From contig JBFMDN010000012.1 in assembly GCA_040753915.1 (NCBI GenBank), positions 1 to 64,000 on the forward strand: 64,000 nucleotides of DNA, given 5' to 3'. How positions within the stretch are numbered: the stretch's first letter is position 1; every line of letters starts with the position of its first letter. Below the pieces are notes generated by a model that was not told the DNA's origin, did not search any database, and saw only the letters and a list, made by a program, of their open reading frames with translations. Position numbers and translations under genes: made by a program. Of the stretch, positions 10,178 to 20,392 are shown in pieces. The DNA comes from Thermodesulfobacteriota bacterium (GTDB taxonomy: Bacteria > Desulfobacterota > Desulfomonilia > Desulfomonilales > Desulfomonilaceae).

Positions 10178-11254
10178 ATGGGGATCTTGGACTTTGTCAG
10201 AAGCGAGCTGATCGATGTCATCGAGTGGATCGACGACAGTGGCGACACGCTGGTGTGGCGCTTTCCGGACCAGGACCACGCGATAAAGAACGGGGCGAAG
10301 CTGACGGTGCGAGAGAGTCAAGCGGCGGTTTTCGTCAATGAAGGAACTGTCGGAGACGTTTTCATGCCCGGTCTGTATACCCTCACCACTCAGAACCTTC
10401 CCATTCTGACCACTCTAAGGTCCTGGAAATACGGGTTCGACTCACCCTTCAAGGCAGAAGTCTACTTTGTAAGCACGAGAAACTTCCTTAACCTCAAGTG
10501 GGGGACCCAAAACCCGATCATGATGCGAGATTCCGATCTTGGGGTCGTTCGGTTGAGGGCGTTCGGCACGTACGGTATCAGGGTTGTGAATCCTCGCATA
10601 TTCATGAAGGAAGTAGTGGGAACCGAGGGGTCGTTCACGACAGACGAGATCGAAGGCCAATTGCGCAGCATGTTGGTCTCCGCATTCACGCACCGGTTGG
10701 CATCGGCCGGGATAGCCGCCCTGGACTTGGCCGCAAATTACCGCGTCATGGGTGACAGGGCCAGAGCAGGGATGGATGAAGAATTTCAGCGCTATGGTCT
10801 GTCGCTCACCATGTTCATCATCGAGAACATCTCTGTCCCGCCTGAGGTCGAAAAGATGCTCGATGTCAGGACCCAGATGGGGATAGCAGGAGACTTGGGC
10901 AGGTACACCCAATTCCAGACAGCTCAGGCCATTCCCGAGGCAGCACGAGCCGGCGGAGCAGGGGAATTCATGGGCATGGGAGCGGGAATTGCCATGGGCC
11001 ACCAAATGGCCAATGCCATGGCGGGGAGCTTCCGACAGCAGCAGACCACGGGCGCAGAAGCGGGGCAATCGGCTCGCACATTCCAGGCCGGGGCGGCGGA
11101 AAAGTTCTGCTCCCAGTGCGGCAAGCAAATATCGTCGGGAGCCAAGTTTTGCCAGGAGTGCGGCGCTCCTCAGCAGCAGGTGTGTCCTCAATGCGGAGCA
11201 GCCGCGGATACGCGGGCAAAGTTTTGTCAGGAGTGCGGAACAAAACTGGGATAA
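10178..11254 (+). CDS. SPFH/band-7 domain protein with C-terminal triple zinc-ribbon (COG4260-like)
   Basis: Residues about 1-250 form an SPFH-like region. The C-terminus has 'FCSQCGKQI...FCQECGAPQQQVCPQCGAAADTRAKFCQECG'. The upstream part of the long ORF (9281-10177) does not look coding. Confidence 0.65.
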   Translation: MGILDFVRSELIDVIEWIDDSGDTLVWRFPDQDHAIKNGAKLTVRESQAAVFVNEGTVGDVFMPGLYTLTTQNLPILTTLRSWKYGFDSPFKAEVYFVSTRNFLNLKWGTQNPIMMRDSDLGVVRLRAFGTYGIRVVNPRIFMKEVVGTEGSFTTDEIEGQLRSMLVSAFTHRLASAGIAALDLAANYRVMGDRARAGMDEEFQRYGLSLTMFIIENISVPPEVEKMLDVRTQMGIAGDLGRYTQFQTAQAIPEAARAGGAGEFMGMGAGIAMGHQMANAMAGSFRQQQTTGAEAGQSARTFQAGAAEKFCSQCGKQISSGAKFCQECGAPQQQVCPQCGAAADTRAKFCQECGTKLG

Positions 11255-11566
11255 GACGTATCCTCCCTCTTGAGGCCTGCAATGAACCGGAGAGCTCGGA
11301 TCAAGCGGCTCTGAAGCCCGACCTTCCCTCAAGGCCAGCTCAAAACAAGAATGCCGGCGAGACGCCGGCGCTGCGCATATTCGTGCCGAGATCCCCGTAG
11401 TAGGGTGCCAGCCCTGCCCTTACTTGAAGATGGTCGCCTTTGCTATCATTCTCAGCGTGGGGCACTGCAATGAGGTAGACAGCGTTGCCTTCATTACGAA
11501 ACGACGGTCTCGGGACAGAAGTCTGAGAGCGGACCGAGCTCACGGGAGTTGCTCGGAGGTCTCTCC

Positions 11567-11917
11567 TCATACTCCCCGAGGAATCGGCTCGATGTCGCAT
11601 TGATCTCCGAAATGCTCCAACACATCCCGCTGGAGGTTTACCAGTGCCGCCTGGTCCTCAATTTCCACGACAAGCTCGCCGTTATCGAATGTTTTCAGCC
11701 TCCCATGCTTCTCGATTACCTGAATCGCCTTCGTCGGGTCGATGGTAATCCACCCCTTCATTCTCCGGAGAAGCTCGGCACCTGAGAAGCCTCGTTCTAT
11801 CACAAGATCCACATCACGGAACTTGGCCTGCCAGCCAATGACCGCGGGCTTGACGAGCACTGGTAGCACCGGATCGTGCATGGCAGCGCACCTGAACCAG
11901 ACTTTTGCTCTGATCAT
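11567..11917 (-). CDS. Hypothetical protein
   Basis: Open frame with a protein-like segment 'VIGWQAKFRDVDLVIERGFSGAELLRRMKGWITIDP'. The start is uncertain and no family was recognised. Confidence 0.25.
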   Translation of the reverse strand: MIRAKVWFRCAAMHDPVLPVLVKPAVIGWQAKFRDVDLVIERGFSGAELLRRMKGWITIDPTKAIQVIEKHGRLKTFDNGELVVEIEDQAALVNLQRDVLEHFGDQCDIEPIPRGV

Positions 11918-12084
11918 TCTGTATCTCCTTCTGCGTGAAAACGATTGCATCAAACTCTTTCGGTTGTGACATGACATCCACTCTCTTTTCCCTATGGATA
12001 TCAAAACACAGGAAAAATACCTTTTCAAATCGATCGAACTGTGTTATAGAGTAGCCCATTAAGTAATGAATTTGACAAGAGAAA

Positions 12085-13146
12085 ATGAAGGGCGTTTTCC
12101 TACTCATGAAATACCATCCTGGTCGGCTCTGTGTCAAAGGTTTGTGCGGAATTCCTGTAATCCTCTTTTTCAGTCTTACCTGCCTCGCTCTCCTCTCCTG
12201 GTCTGGTGCAGAGACGTTCGCGGCAGGAGGGGGGACGGCGAAGAAGCAGAAGACTGCTGAAAAGAAGAAGGCCCCCGTCAAACCACGAGCCGTCAAGGCA
12301 CAGAAGCCTGCAAATACCGTTCAGGCCAAGGCGGCGTACTGTGTCGACTTGCATGAGAAAAAGCCCATAGTCTCCCGCAACGCGGACAAGCGGCTACCCG
12401 TAGCGAGCCTCACGAAACTGGTCACCGCTCTCGTCGTCCTGGACCGTATGCCCGCACAAAGAATTGTGACCGTGCCCGAGCATATCAAGAAGATACCAAA
12501 GTCTGTGGTCGGATTGAAGCCAGGGGACCGCGTCGCTGTACGGGACTTGCTCCACGGATTGCTGATCAGTTCCGGCAACGACTGTGCTGAAACTCTGGCC
12601 TATGCGTACCCGGGCGGAAAGAAGGCGTTCATCTCGGCAATGAACCGTAAGGCGAGAAGCTTGGGAGCCAAGCACACGGTGTTCTACAACCCCAGTGGGC
12701 TTGACATAAGGGTGCCTGGTTCAGGGAAAGACGAAAAATCGGAGCTCGTTCGCTCGAACGTTTCTACAGCTCGCGAAATGGCCGTCATCGCTCGTACGGC
12801 CTTTTCCAACCCGACCATCAAGCGCATCTGCGCGAAAAAGTCCTACGTCATGCACAGTTCGCTCAATGGGCGAGGGTACCGTATCCGTACCACGAACCGG
12901 CTGCTCAAGGACAATCTCCCAGTGGTAGGAGGCAAGACGGGATATACCGCACGCGCCGGCCATTGCTTGGCTTCTGCATTCACACCTGGAGGGCGTGTAT
13001 TTCTCATTGTGGTCCTCGGGAGCCCCGATCATTTCCACGACACGCGGCTCATTTACCGCAAGGCACTGCGCGATACAGGGAAGTCTCGAGCTGCAGCCCG
13101 TCAAAGAACCAAACAACCTCGCGTTGCTTTGAATCCGGGCCATTGA
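12085..13146 (+). CDS. D-alanyl-D-alanine carboxypeptidase (PBP5/6, S11 family)
   Basis: A signal peptide is followed by 'ASLTKLVTA' (SxxK), 'SGND' (SxN) and 'KTGYT' (KTG). Confidence 0.8.
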   Translation: MKGVFLLMKYHPGRLCVKGLCGIPVILFFSLTCLALLSWSGAETFAAGGGTAKKQKTAEKKKAPVKPRAVKAQKPANTVQAKAAYCVDLHEKKPIVSRNADKRLPVASLTKLVTALVVLDRMPAQRIVTVPEHIKKIPKSVVGLKPGDRVAVRDLLHGLLISSGNDCAETLAYAYPGGKKAFISAMNRKARSLGAKHTVFYNPSGLDIRVPGSGKDEKSELVRSNVSTAREMAVIARTAFSNPTIKRICAKKSYVMHSSLNGRGYRIRTTNRLLKDNLPVVGGKTGYTARAGHCLASAFTPGGRVFLIVVLGSPDHFHDTRLIYRKALRDTGKSRAAARQRTKQPRVALNPGH

Positions 13147-13164
13147 TCGATACATCCAGCAAAT

Positions 13165-13216
13165 GAGGGCCGGGGACTTTTCTCTGAGGCCCTCCCGTTA
13201 CCCCGTTTTTTCATCT
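13165..13216 (+). terminator. Putative intrinsic terminator after the DD-carboxypeptidase gene
   Basis: GC hairpin GAGGGCC...GGCCCTC followed by TTTTTT at 13206-13211. The T-run sits somewhat far from the stem. Confidence 0.35.
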
Positions 13217-13793
13217 ATATCCCACCACGAGCCCCCCTTACCACCGCCTTTCTCGGCCGAGTAACGGCACCTGTGATGAGTGCCGAAGCATGAGGTCCTC
13301 CCTTGCGGATATTCGAGGGTATTCTCCGGAGGCCGCTCGAGAGCGGTCACGTGATTTTACATTCTGTAAAGAATTCTGACGGTAGGGGAGAGCCTTCTCT
13401 TATCACTGAACTAAGAAAGAACTTGCGAGCTTCAGCCCCAGTAGTAGCCCGTCTTTAACTTGGCACGAGCGTTGCATTTCCGATCCCGACCTCTCTGTAC
13501 GGACCATGTCCGTCGGAAAGATCCGTGCAGAGGCAGCGATCCGCGACAAATCTCCTGAGTCTTGGCGGATCCGCCCGATAAGCCTATGCAACAAAGAGTG
13601 GCAATTGAAGATAACATTCTTGAGTCTCGAGGTCTGCAATAGCGATGAGAAGACAGCGTCGTACCGGAACGGGTAGCCGCATTTCCAGTCAGCTACATCA
13701 ACCGATATCATTGGCAAAGGATCGGGGAATCGAGACAAGAGTGCACGAAATTTATAAGGAAATTGAAATACCGGAGAAAGGAGACAAGGACGC

Positions 13794-14483
13794 ATGGAAC
13801 ACAAAGTGAGTTATGCGTTGTACGTGCTTCAGGAGCCTGTCCAATATGCAGCGCTGCTGTTCATGGCGACAATGTACACGATAAAGATCAGCCAGTTGCT
13901 CAAGAGACCGTTCCCTCCGGAAAGGGCGGAGCTCAAGGGCGATCGCGTTACGGGGTCCATCCAGTCTCTATTCAACGTGCTCCGCCCCTGGGACATGGAG
14001 AGCACAAGCAAGAACCCGTATTTCTATGCAGAGTTCATGATCTTCCACGTGGCTGTTGCCTTAACCATTGGTGCGACATTCTTCATCCCGCTCGTGCCCC
14101 AGATTATGACTCCCACATTCACGGTCATCATCATGGTGTTCATGTGTTTGGCCTTCCTCATTGGGCTGCGTCGCATCTACAGGCGGATGACAGTTCCGGA
14201 GATAAGGATAATTTCAACTCTTGACGATTATTTTGCCGTCATCTTGATGACCGCGTTTTTCGGTGTCGGTGCGGTCACCATGTGGACATGGCTCGAAGGT
14301 AAAATGGAGACATCTTGGATGTGGGCCTTTTTCCTTATGACCACATTCTTCTTGATATACGTACCGTTCAGCAAGATCTCGCACTATGTCCTCTATCCCT
14401 TCGGCAGGGTCAACTACGGAATGATTTTCGGTGGCAGAGGCATCCTCAATAAAGGGAACCAAAATATAACGTGGAAGCCCTGA
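13794..14483 (+). CDS. NarI/HdrE/DsrM-family membrane b-type cytochrome subunit
   Basis: Five hydrophobic segments and 'FSKISHYVLYP' (NarI-family xKxxHxxxxP). RBS AAGGAGA. Confidence 0.55.
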   Translation: MEHKVSYALYVLQEPVQYAALLFMATMYTIKISQLLKRPFPPERAELKGDRVTGSIQSLFNVLRPWDMESTSKNPYFYAEFMIFHVAVALTIGATFFIPLVPQIMTPTFTVIIMVFMCLAFLIGLRRIYRRMTVPEIRIISTLDDYFAVILMTAFFGVGAVTMWTWLEGKMETSWMWAFFLMTTFFLIYVPFSKISHYVLYPFGRVNYGMIFGGRGILNKGNQNITWKP

Positions 14484-14523
14484 CACAGGCTCTGGTTGAG
14501 AATTCGTGTTACGGAGGAGATCA

Positions 14524-15912
14524 ATGTCTGATTCACAAGACAAGGCCCTGGCGACGACCGTAGCTTCCACAGGCTCTGAAAAGCTGGGTGCCGCTGAGGA
14601 GCGCAAGTGGCCCCTCAAGTCGGAATTCACTCCGGAGATGCTGGCGGAAATGGAAAAGCTTCTCCCCACCAAGCTCAATCGGGTGGTCGCCACATCGCTC
14701 GCGGGGTGCATTCACTGCGGAATGTGCAGCGACGCGTGCCATTACAGTGTTTCCATTCCTGACGACAAGACCCTTGTCCCGGCATACAAGGCTGACCGCT
14801 TCAGAAAATGGTACAAATGGCGATACGACTGGATGGCTAAGATTTTTCCATCTTTTGTGGGGGCTCAACCTCTGACCAAGGAGTTGGCGGAGGAGATGTT
14901 CGACAAGCTCTTCGGCGGGTGCACCATGTGCCGCCGGTGTACGTATAACTGCCCGATGGGAGTTGACTACGGAATGATGGTTCGCTCGGCCAGAAGCATC
15001 ATGCAACAGGTCGGGAGGTGTCCGCAGAATCTGCAAGATACGGTGGACACTCATTACAATCATGGCAACAACATGGCTGTTCCTCAGGACGAGTTTATCG
15101 AGACGATCGAGTGGATCGAGGAAGAGCTTCAATCAGAAGATGGATGCGAAGACTTCACCATCCCCATTGACAAGAAAGGGGCCAAATTTTTTCTGACCCT
15201 GAATCCAAGGGAGCCGAAATACTATCCGCTCACCATCCAGGCCACAGCAAAGGTCTTGAACGCGGCGGGTGTGGACTTCACGATCTCATCTCGCTACTGG
15301 GATCTGACGAATTACGCTCTCTTTAACGGCAATGACGAGGATGCTCGCCTGTTTTCTCTGTGGCAGGCAGAAGATGTGAAACGTCTGGGCTGCGAGTACC
15401 TTTTATCCGGCGAGTGCGGTCACGGATACCGAGCTTTGCGCTGGGAGCTTCCCAACTGGCTCGGAGGGGTTCCCTTCAAGATAACGAGCGTTATGGAGTT
15501 GATGGCAAAGCTTATCGAGGATGGGGCAATTAAGCTGGACAAGTCCGTGCACGCAGGCAAGCGCTTCACGTACCACGATTCCTGCAATATCGCTCGATCG
15601 GGAGGAATACTCGAGGAGCCCAGGATTGTTATTCGAGCATGCGTCGATGACTTCGTGGAAATGGAGCATAACAGGGAAAAGAGCTACTGCTGCGGTGGAG
15701 GCGGAGGCGCCCTGGCCATGAGCGAGTTTTCCAAGCGTCGCATCGCAGCGGGCAAGATAAAGGGTGACGAGATCCGCGCTACAGGCGCCAATGTGGTCCT
15801 CCAGTCTTGCCATAACTGCACGGACCAGTTGAAGGAGATTTGCGAGCACTACGGCATCCACGCAAAAGTGATGAACCTTGCCGAGCTTGTCGCACCGGCA
15901 CTGGTGTTGTGA
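14524..15912 (+). CDS. HdrD/DsrK-like Fe-S oxidoreductase (2x[4Fe-4S] plus CCG domains)
   Basis: Two 4Fe-4S motifs are present: 'CIHCGMCSDAC' and 'CTMCRRCTYNCP'. The CCG motif is 'YCCGGGGGA'. It lies 40 bp after the NarI-like gene. RBS GGAGGAG. Confidence 0.7.
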   Translation: MSDSQDKALATTVASTGSEKLGAAEERKWPLKSEFTPEMLAEMEKLLPTKLNRVVATSLAGCIHCGMCSDACHYSVSIPDDKTLVPAYKADRFRKWYKWRYDWMAKIFPSFVGAQPLTKELAEEMFDKLFGGCTMCRRCTYNCPMGVDYGMMVRSARSIMQQVGRCPQNLQDTVDTHYNHGNNMAVPQDEFIETIEWIEEELQSEDGCEDFTIPIDKKGAKFFLTLNPREPKYYPLTIQATAKVLNAAGVDFTISSRYWDLTNYALFNGNDEDARLFSLWQAEDVKRLGCEYLLSGECGHGYRALRWELPNWLGGVPFKITSVMELMAKLIEDGAIKLDKSVHAGKRFTYHDSCNIARSGGILEEPRIVIRACVDDFVEMEHNREKSYCCGGGGGALAMSEFSKRRIAAGKIKGDEIRATGANVVLQSCHNCTDQLKEICEHYGIHAKVMNLAELVAPALVL

Positions 15913-15980
15913 GGAGCAGCGCCGAGCCTTTGACGGCACTGGCACGAAGGCCCCAAAACAAACTGCAAGGAGGATTTCCC

Positions 15981-16370
15981 ATGGCCAAGAAGATACTTGT
16001 GATCGATGACGAGCCGGATATGTTGGCGTTCCTTACAGCGCTGCTGGAGGACAACGGGTATGAGACCGTCACCGCGGAGGACGGAGAACATGGCCTCGAA
16101 AGAGCAAAAGCCGAAAAACCGGACCTGATCTCTCTTGACCTCCTCATGCCCAACAAAACGGGCATCAAGATGTATCGGGAGTTGAGAAAGGACGATGAGA
16201 TCAAGGACATTCCCGTCGTGATGGTGACGGGTTTCACAAAGGACGACGTTCCGAGCATGGACTTCAAGGAGTGGATCCAGAAGAGGGCCATTAGACCGCC
16301 GGAAGCTTATATCGAAAAGCCCGTGAACAAGGATGTGCTCCTGGATGTGATACGGAAAACCATCGGCTAA
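15981..16370 (+). CDS. Single-domain CheY-like response regulator
   Basis: 'KILVIDDEPDM...DLISLDLLMPNKTG...KDIPVVMVTG' is a canonical REC domain. RBS AAGGAGGA. Confidence 0.85.
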   Translation: MAKKILVIDDEPDMLAFLTALLEDNGYETVTAEDGEHGLERAKAEKPDLISLDLLMPNKTGIKMYRELRKDDEIKDIPVVMVTGFTKDDVPSMDFKEWIQKRAIRPPEAYIEKPVNKDVLLDVIRKTIG

Positions 16371-16962
16371 CATCGCCCGTGGGTTTCAAGATAACGCCCG
16401 TGTCGGAAGTTTCTTCCGATAGGGGCTGATATTCCCGAATCGCCCTTGAGGAGCTCTGGGATTGCAGCCGACGGATCGGGGGGCTCGGACCGAGTTTGAG
16501 CTCAATGATTTGTCGCTCAGTTTGCGAGCCGGTCCCGGCCCTGTTTTCGGTGCGCTCCCCTATGGGTCACAGGAGCTTCCGGCAGGACAGGAGGGCTTTC
16601 TGTCCGGAAGGAGCCCTCCGCGCGAGGAACGGCTCCATTTCGGAGGGCCGCGCCGAGCTCGGAAGCCGCCAGGAGCGTTTTTCGCCCCCCGTTCAACGTA
16701 TAGCGAGTATGAGCATCACAGGAGAAAGCACAGGCCCGACAATCGATGATTGATTGACAGACCGTAGCGGATGCTGTGTACAATAGTCAAGAAGGTCGTC
16801 CAGGCACTGGGGTTCGCATCGCTAAGTGCGGTGAGGCCGCTGGACACCTGAGATCATAAATCGCTATCGGAGAGCAAGAGCCACAGGGGGTGTGTCGTGT
16901 CCCAATCGAATTCGACCGTCATCAGAATGTCTGATTACCACAGGAAAAAATCAGGAGGACTC

Positions 16963-17490
16963 ATGAACGGCATCGGTTTATGTGCCATCTTCTCACGGCA
17001 AGGGGACTGGGCCTTTGACTACGCCCTCTCGTTGGCAAGGCACCACAAGACCAAGCTCAATATCTTTCATTTCTTGGAATCACCATACCAGCTCAGGCGG
17101 GATCTCGTCTTTGTCGATGCTGAGAAGAAAGAGGTGGCCGCTGTCACGCCAGAGCTCATCGCCAAAAAAGATAAGGAGCTCAGAGAGTCTTTTGACGACC
17201 GTCTGGGAGAGTATACGGATGTGGGGTTTCGCCTGTGCGAGGGAAACGACGAATGGGAGCTGCGAAAGTGCTTCCGCAGGGGGGAGTACGAAATACTGGT
17301 AGTCGGGTATCACGGAAAGGGAGTCCCTTTTGGGGGAACCACCACGATCAACGAATTCGCTGCCAAGTTCAAGGGACCCGTCGTTCTCGTCGGACCGGAT
17401 TCTCCCGACTCCTTCTACATCAACGAGCCGGCGAGGAAGCGATTGGAAGACTTGATGATCCCTGACGGTAAGTGGAAACTTATCGATTGA
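16963..17490 (+). CDS. Universal stress protein (UspA) family
   Basis: 'YEILVVGYHGKGVPFGGTTTINEFAAKFKGPVVLVGPD' resembles the Usp C-terminal ATP-binding motif. RBS AGGAGGA. Confidence 0.55.
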   Translation: MNGIGLCAIFSRQGDWAFDYALSLARHHKTKLNIFHFLESPYQLRRDLVFVDAEKKEVAAVTPELIAKKDKELRESFDDRLGEYTDVGFRLCEGNDEWELRKCFRRGEYEILVVGYHGKGVPFGGTTTINEFAAKFKGPVVLVGPDSPDSFYINEPARKRLEDLMIPDGKWKLID

Positions 17491-17758
17491 GAAGATTGCT
17501 TTGAAGCTCGTGTGCACCGTGCGGCACGATTGAGACCGGATTCGGGATATGCAGGCCCATACGGGATTTCTCCAAGACGAACGTGAACAATGGCTTGAAC
17601 GCGGCCTTACCACGATCATGGCTTCCGTCGAGCTCACGCATGCCTTGTCCAAGAGGCCAGAGGGGACGGCACGACTTCCCGGATTCGGCGCATTCAGCCA
17701 TGGTGTTCAGGAATCCGGCCGTCGTTTGGAGGCACGCCGATTTCAGGAAAGGATCCTA

Positions 17759-18053
17759 CGTGAAATTCTCAACCAACGAGGAATTCGAGCTGCACGTCCA
17801 CAAGTGCTTCGGCAAAATTTTTGAGCTGCTTCAAAAGGTGGACGGTGTAGTGAAGGAAGGCGCGGACAAGGAAGAAGCCGCGGGCACAAGCGGAGTCATG
17901 TCCGATCTGCGGGATTGGGTGGAAGAAGCGATCCTTCATTGTCACTTGGCCTGGCAATATCACCGTCTCTCAAGGGTCTCAGGTAGAAACACCTGGGATA
18001 GCGTGGAAAGCAATCCTGCCTCCCCAGCCTCTCCTCCGTCCGACAACACCTGA
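17759..18053 (+). CDS. Hypothetical small protein
   Basis: Candidate GTG start with a GGAAAGGA RBS. The segment 'KFSTNEEFELHVHKCFGKIFELLQKV' has lower GC and looks protein-like. Alternative frames exist. Confidence 0.25.
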
Positions 18054-18139
18054 ACATCCGATGGGCTGCGCGCCGTCCCGGAGCCACGGGACCCATTCCC
18101 TCAACGCGGTCGACCACGAGGCAAACAACGTCAACTGGT

Positions 18140-20392
18140 TCAGGCGCGCGTCCCTGAGGCCTTGATCGACGGCGGGTTTTTCAGCGGGATTCTCGCAGTG
18201 AACACGGACCCCGATCCCAATTCGGACGCGACACGGATGCTACCGCCGTGCTCCTCGACGATCTTTCTCGTGACCACCAACCCAAGACCCGTCCCTTTCG
18301 ATCCCTTTGTCGAATAGAATTTCGTAAACAGGTTCTCCGCCACATCGTCACTCATTCCTGCGCCGGTGTCGGATACTTCGAAGACGACGCTGTCCGATTG
18401 GACGTATCCCGTAAGAGAAATTCGATGGCCTTCCTTGGACTCTGCCGCCAGGCATGCAGCGATGGCGTTCGAGACGAAATTCGATAAGCACGTGTGGATG
18501 CCGGCAGGATCGAGGACTGCTACGCCAAGTGAGTCAGGGAAGTTTCGGACCAGCTCGATGCTTTCCTTGGACACCTTTTCCCGGTACAGGGTATAGACGT
18601 CATGCAAGATCTCGGCAGGATCGCACTCCCGGTATTCCGGCTCTCTTTCCTTGGACGCGTAGAGAATGTCCTTCACTAGGTCTGAGACCTTGTTCACGTT
18701 CTTTTTCACCATCTCCCACCCTAGGCGAACGCGGTCCTCCTTTCCCTTGTTCAGACCGGAATCGACCATGTATACTCCGCCTTCCAGTCCTGCGAGGATG
18801 TTCTTGATGGAATGGGACATTCCGGCAATCGTTTCTCCCAGGGCGGCGAGCTCGCTTTGGAGGAGCTTCAGCTCACTGATATTCGTGCACATCTCCATCA
18901 CTGCGACCGTTGTCCCCTTCTCATCGGTGATAGGAGAAGTCTGAATCAACACGTGGATTTCTTTGCCATTGTGCCGCCAAACATCCTCGGAGCCGTGGGA
19001 TTGTCCGTCTGCAAAGGTTTTCTCAACCGGACAGTTGTCGCACTTGGTTTCCCTTCCCTTGTAAATCTTGTAACAATACTTTCCCCAACTGTCTCCAAAT
19101 TCTTCGGCAAACTGGTTGTTGTAAAATGCAATTCTGAAGTTCTTATCGACAACGGTCAGGAAACACGGGACGTTTTGAAAGAGATGGCGGAACTGTTCTT
19201 CTTTGCGCTTCAACTCCGCTTGCAGCCGCTCAACTCTTGTTACATCGACCGCCATTTCAAGGACTTCCGCTACATGGCCCTTTTCATCTCGAATGGGCGA
19301 AGTGTGAACAATGACAAATGCCTTTCGGTCACCGAGCGACCACACCTCTTCCGAGCGGTGCGAAAATCCATCGGCAAAGGTTTTCTCAACCTGACAATGG
19401 TCACACTTGGCATTTTTCCCCTTGAACCCCTGGTAACAAGGTCTGCCCACCTGCTCCCCGAACTCCGATTTGAACGACGCGTTGGCCGCAGTAATTCGGT
19501 AGTTTCGATCCACGACGGTCAAATAGCAGGGAACCTGTTCGAACAATTCCTGGAATTGGCGCCGGCTCTGCTCGAGCTGCCTGGTCCTGTCATTGATCTG
19601 CCGGCTCATGTCATCAAATATACGCGACAATTCAGCGATCTCGTTTGAGCCCCGCGCTGTCGACCCTTCAGGAGTGTACTGTCCTCGCGCCATCTTCCGT
19701 GCATTTTCCTGAAGCCTCTTGATGGGCGGTATGACACCCAGGACAACTGCCAGTCCGCTCGCACTGGAAATCAGAATAAAGAGGAGGAAAGCGAAAAGCA
19801 TGGTCTGAAATCTAAGGTCGTCTATCTTGGCCCTCAGATCGTGCAGAGGGACGGTGAGCTCCAACGCGCCGAGTGACTTTTCGGTGTACGGGCTGGCGTG
19901 ACAGCTCCCTGTCGAGCAGCTCACCGTATTCCTCAAAGGACTTACAACGTTGAGGCTGTTGCCGTTTTCCACAAACCGGTATTGTGCCCGAGTATTTTCA
20001 GCCACATCGCGGAGCAGCGGATTCCCCGAAGCAACCGATGCGCTGCCGAGGCTGAGGGCTCTGTCCATGTTGCTCGTGTAGTGTAGAACCCCCTTGTTAT
20101 CGTATATGTTGATTTCTTCGAAGTTTTCTTTCTCTCCGATGGCCCGCACGATCTGTTGGATCACTTCCCGATTCTTTGTCATCATGCCGTTCCAGATCGC
20201 GGCCTCAATCACCTCGGAGTCTTTCAACGCGCCATTGATCTTTTCGTGAATCAATGTCTGTTCCTGGCGAGATATCGCCTGATAGGCAAACGCCACCACT
20301 GCAACGAACGTGATCAGTCCTGCGAAAAAGCTTAGCTTGAAAGACAGGCTTGCAACAAACTTCCTGATGAATTCTGCCGATTGCTTGACCAT
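18140..20392 (-). CDS. Membrane sensor histidine kinase (periplasmic domain, HAMP, 2x Cys-containing PAS, HisKA, HATPase)
   Basis: Two TM segments flank an approximately 150-aa periplasmic region with 'CSTGSCH'. Two PAS repeats each carry 'C-x11-C-D-x-C'. The H-box is 'MSHSIKN', and G-boxes are 'DTGAGM..GTGLGL'. Confidence 0.85.
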   Translation of the reverse strand: MVKQSAEFIRKFVASLSFKLSFFAGLITFVAVVAFAYQAISRQEQTLIHEKINGALKDSEVIEAAIWNGMMTKNREVIQQIVRAIGEKENFEEINIYDNKGVLHYTSNMDRALSLGSASVASGNPLLRDVAENTRAQYRFVENGNSLNVVSPLRNTVSCSTGSCHASPYTEKSLGALELTVPLHDLRAKIDDLRFQTMLFAFLLFILISSASGLAVVLGVIPPIKRLQENARKMARGQYTPEGSTARGSNEIAELSRIFDDMSRQINDRTRQLEQSRRQFQELFEQVPCYLTVVDRNYRITAANASFKSEFGEQVGRPCYQGFKGKNAKCDHCQVEKTFADGFSHRSEEVWSLGDRKAFVIVHTSPIRDEKGHVAEVLEMAVDVTRVERLQAELKRKEEQFRHLFQNVPCFLTVVDKNFRIAFYNNQFAEEFGDSWGKYCYKIYKGRETKCDNCPVEKTFADGQSHGSEDVWRHNGKEIHVLIQTSPITDEKGTTVAVMEMCTNISELKLLQSELAALGETIAGMSHSIKNILAGLEGGVYMVDSGLNKGKEDRVRLGWEMVKKNVNKVSDLVKDILYASKEREPEYRECDPAEILHDVYTLYREKVSKESIELVRNFPDSLGVAVLDPAGIHTCLSNFVSNAIAACLAAESKEGHRISLTGYVQSDSVVFEVSDTGAGMSDDVAENLFTKFYSTKGSKGTGLGLVVTRKIVEEHGGSIRVASELGSGSVFTARIPLKNPPSIKASGTRA

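Noticed and set aside
16380-16960. Possible riboswitch or structured leader upstream of the Usp gene, plus a GGCAC-N-TTCGCA sigma54-like box
   Set aside because: No recognisable riboswitch core was found. The -24/-12 spacing is off by one. It is retained only as an unusually long 580-bp leader.
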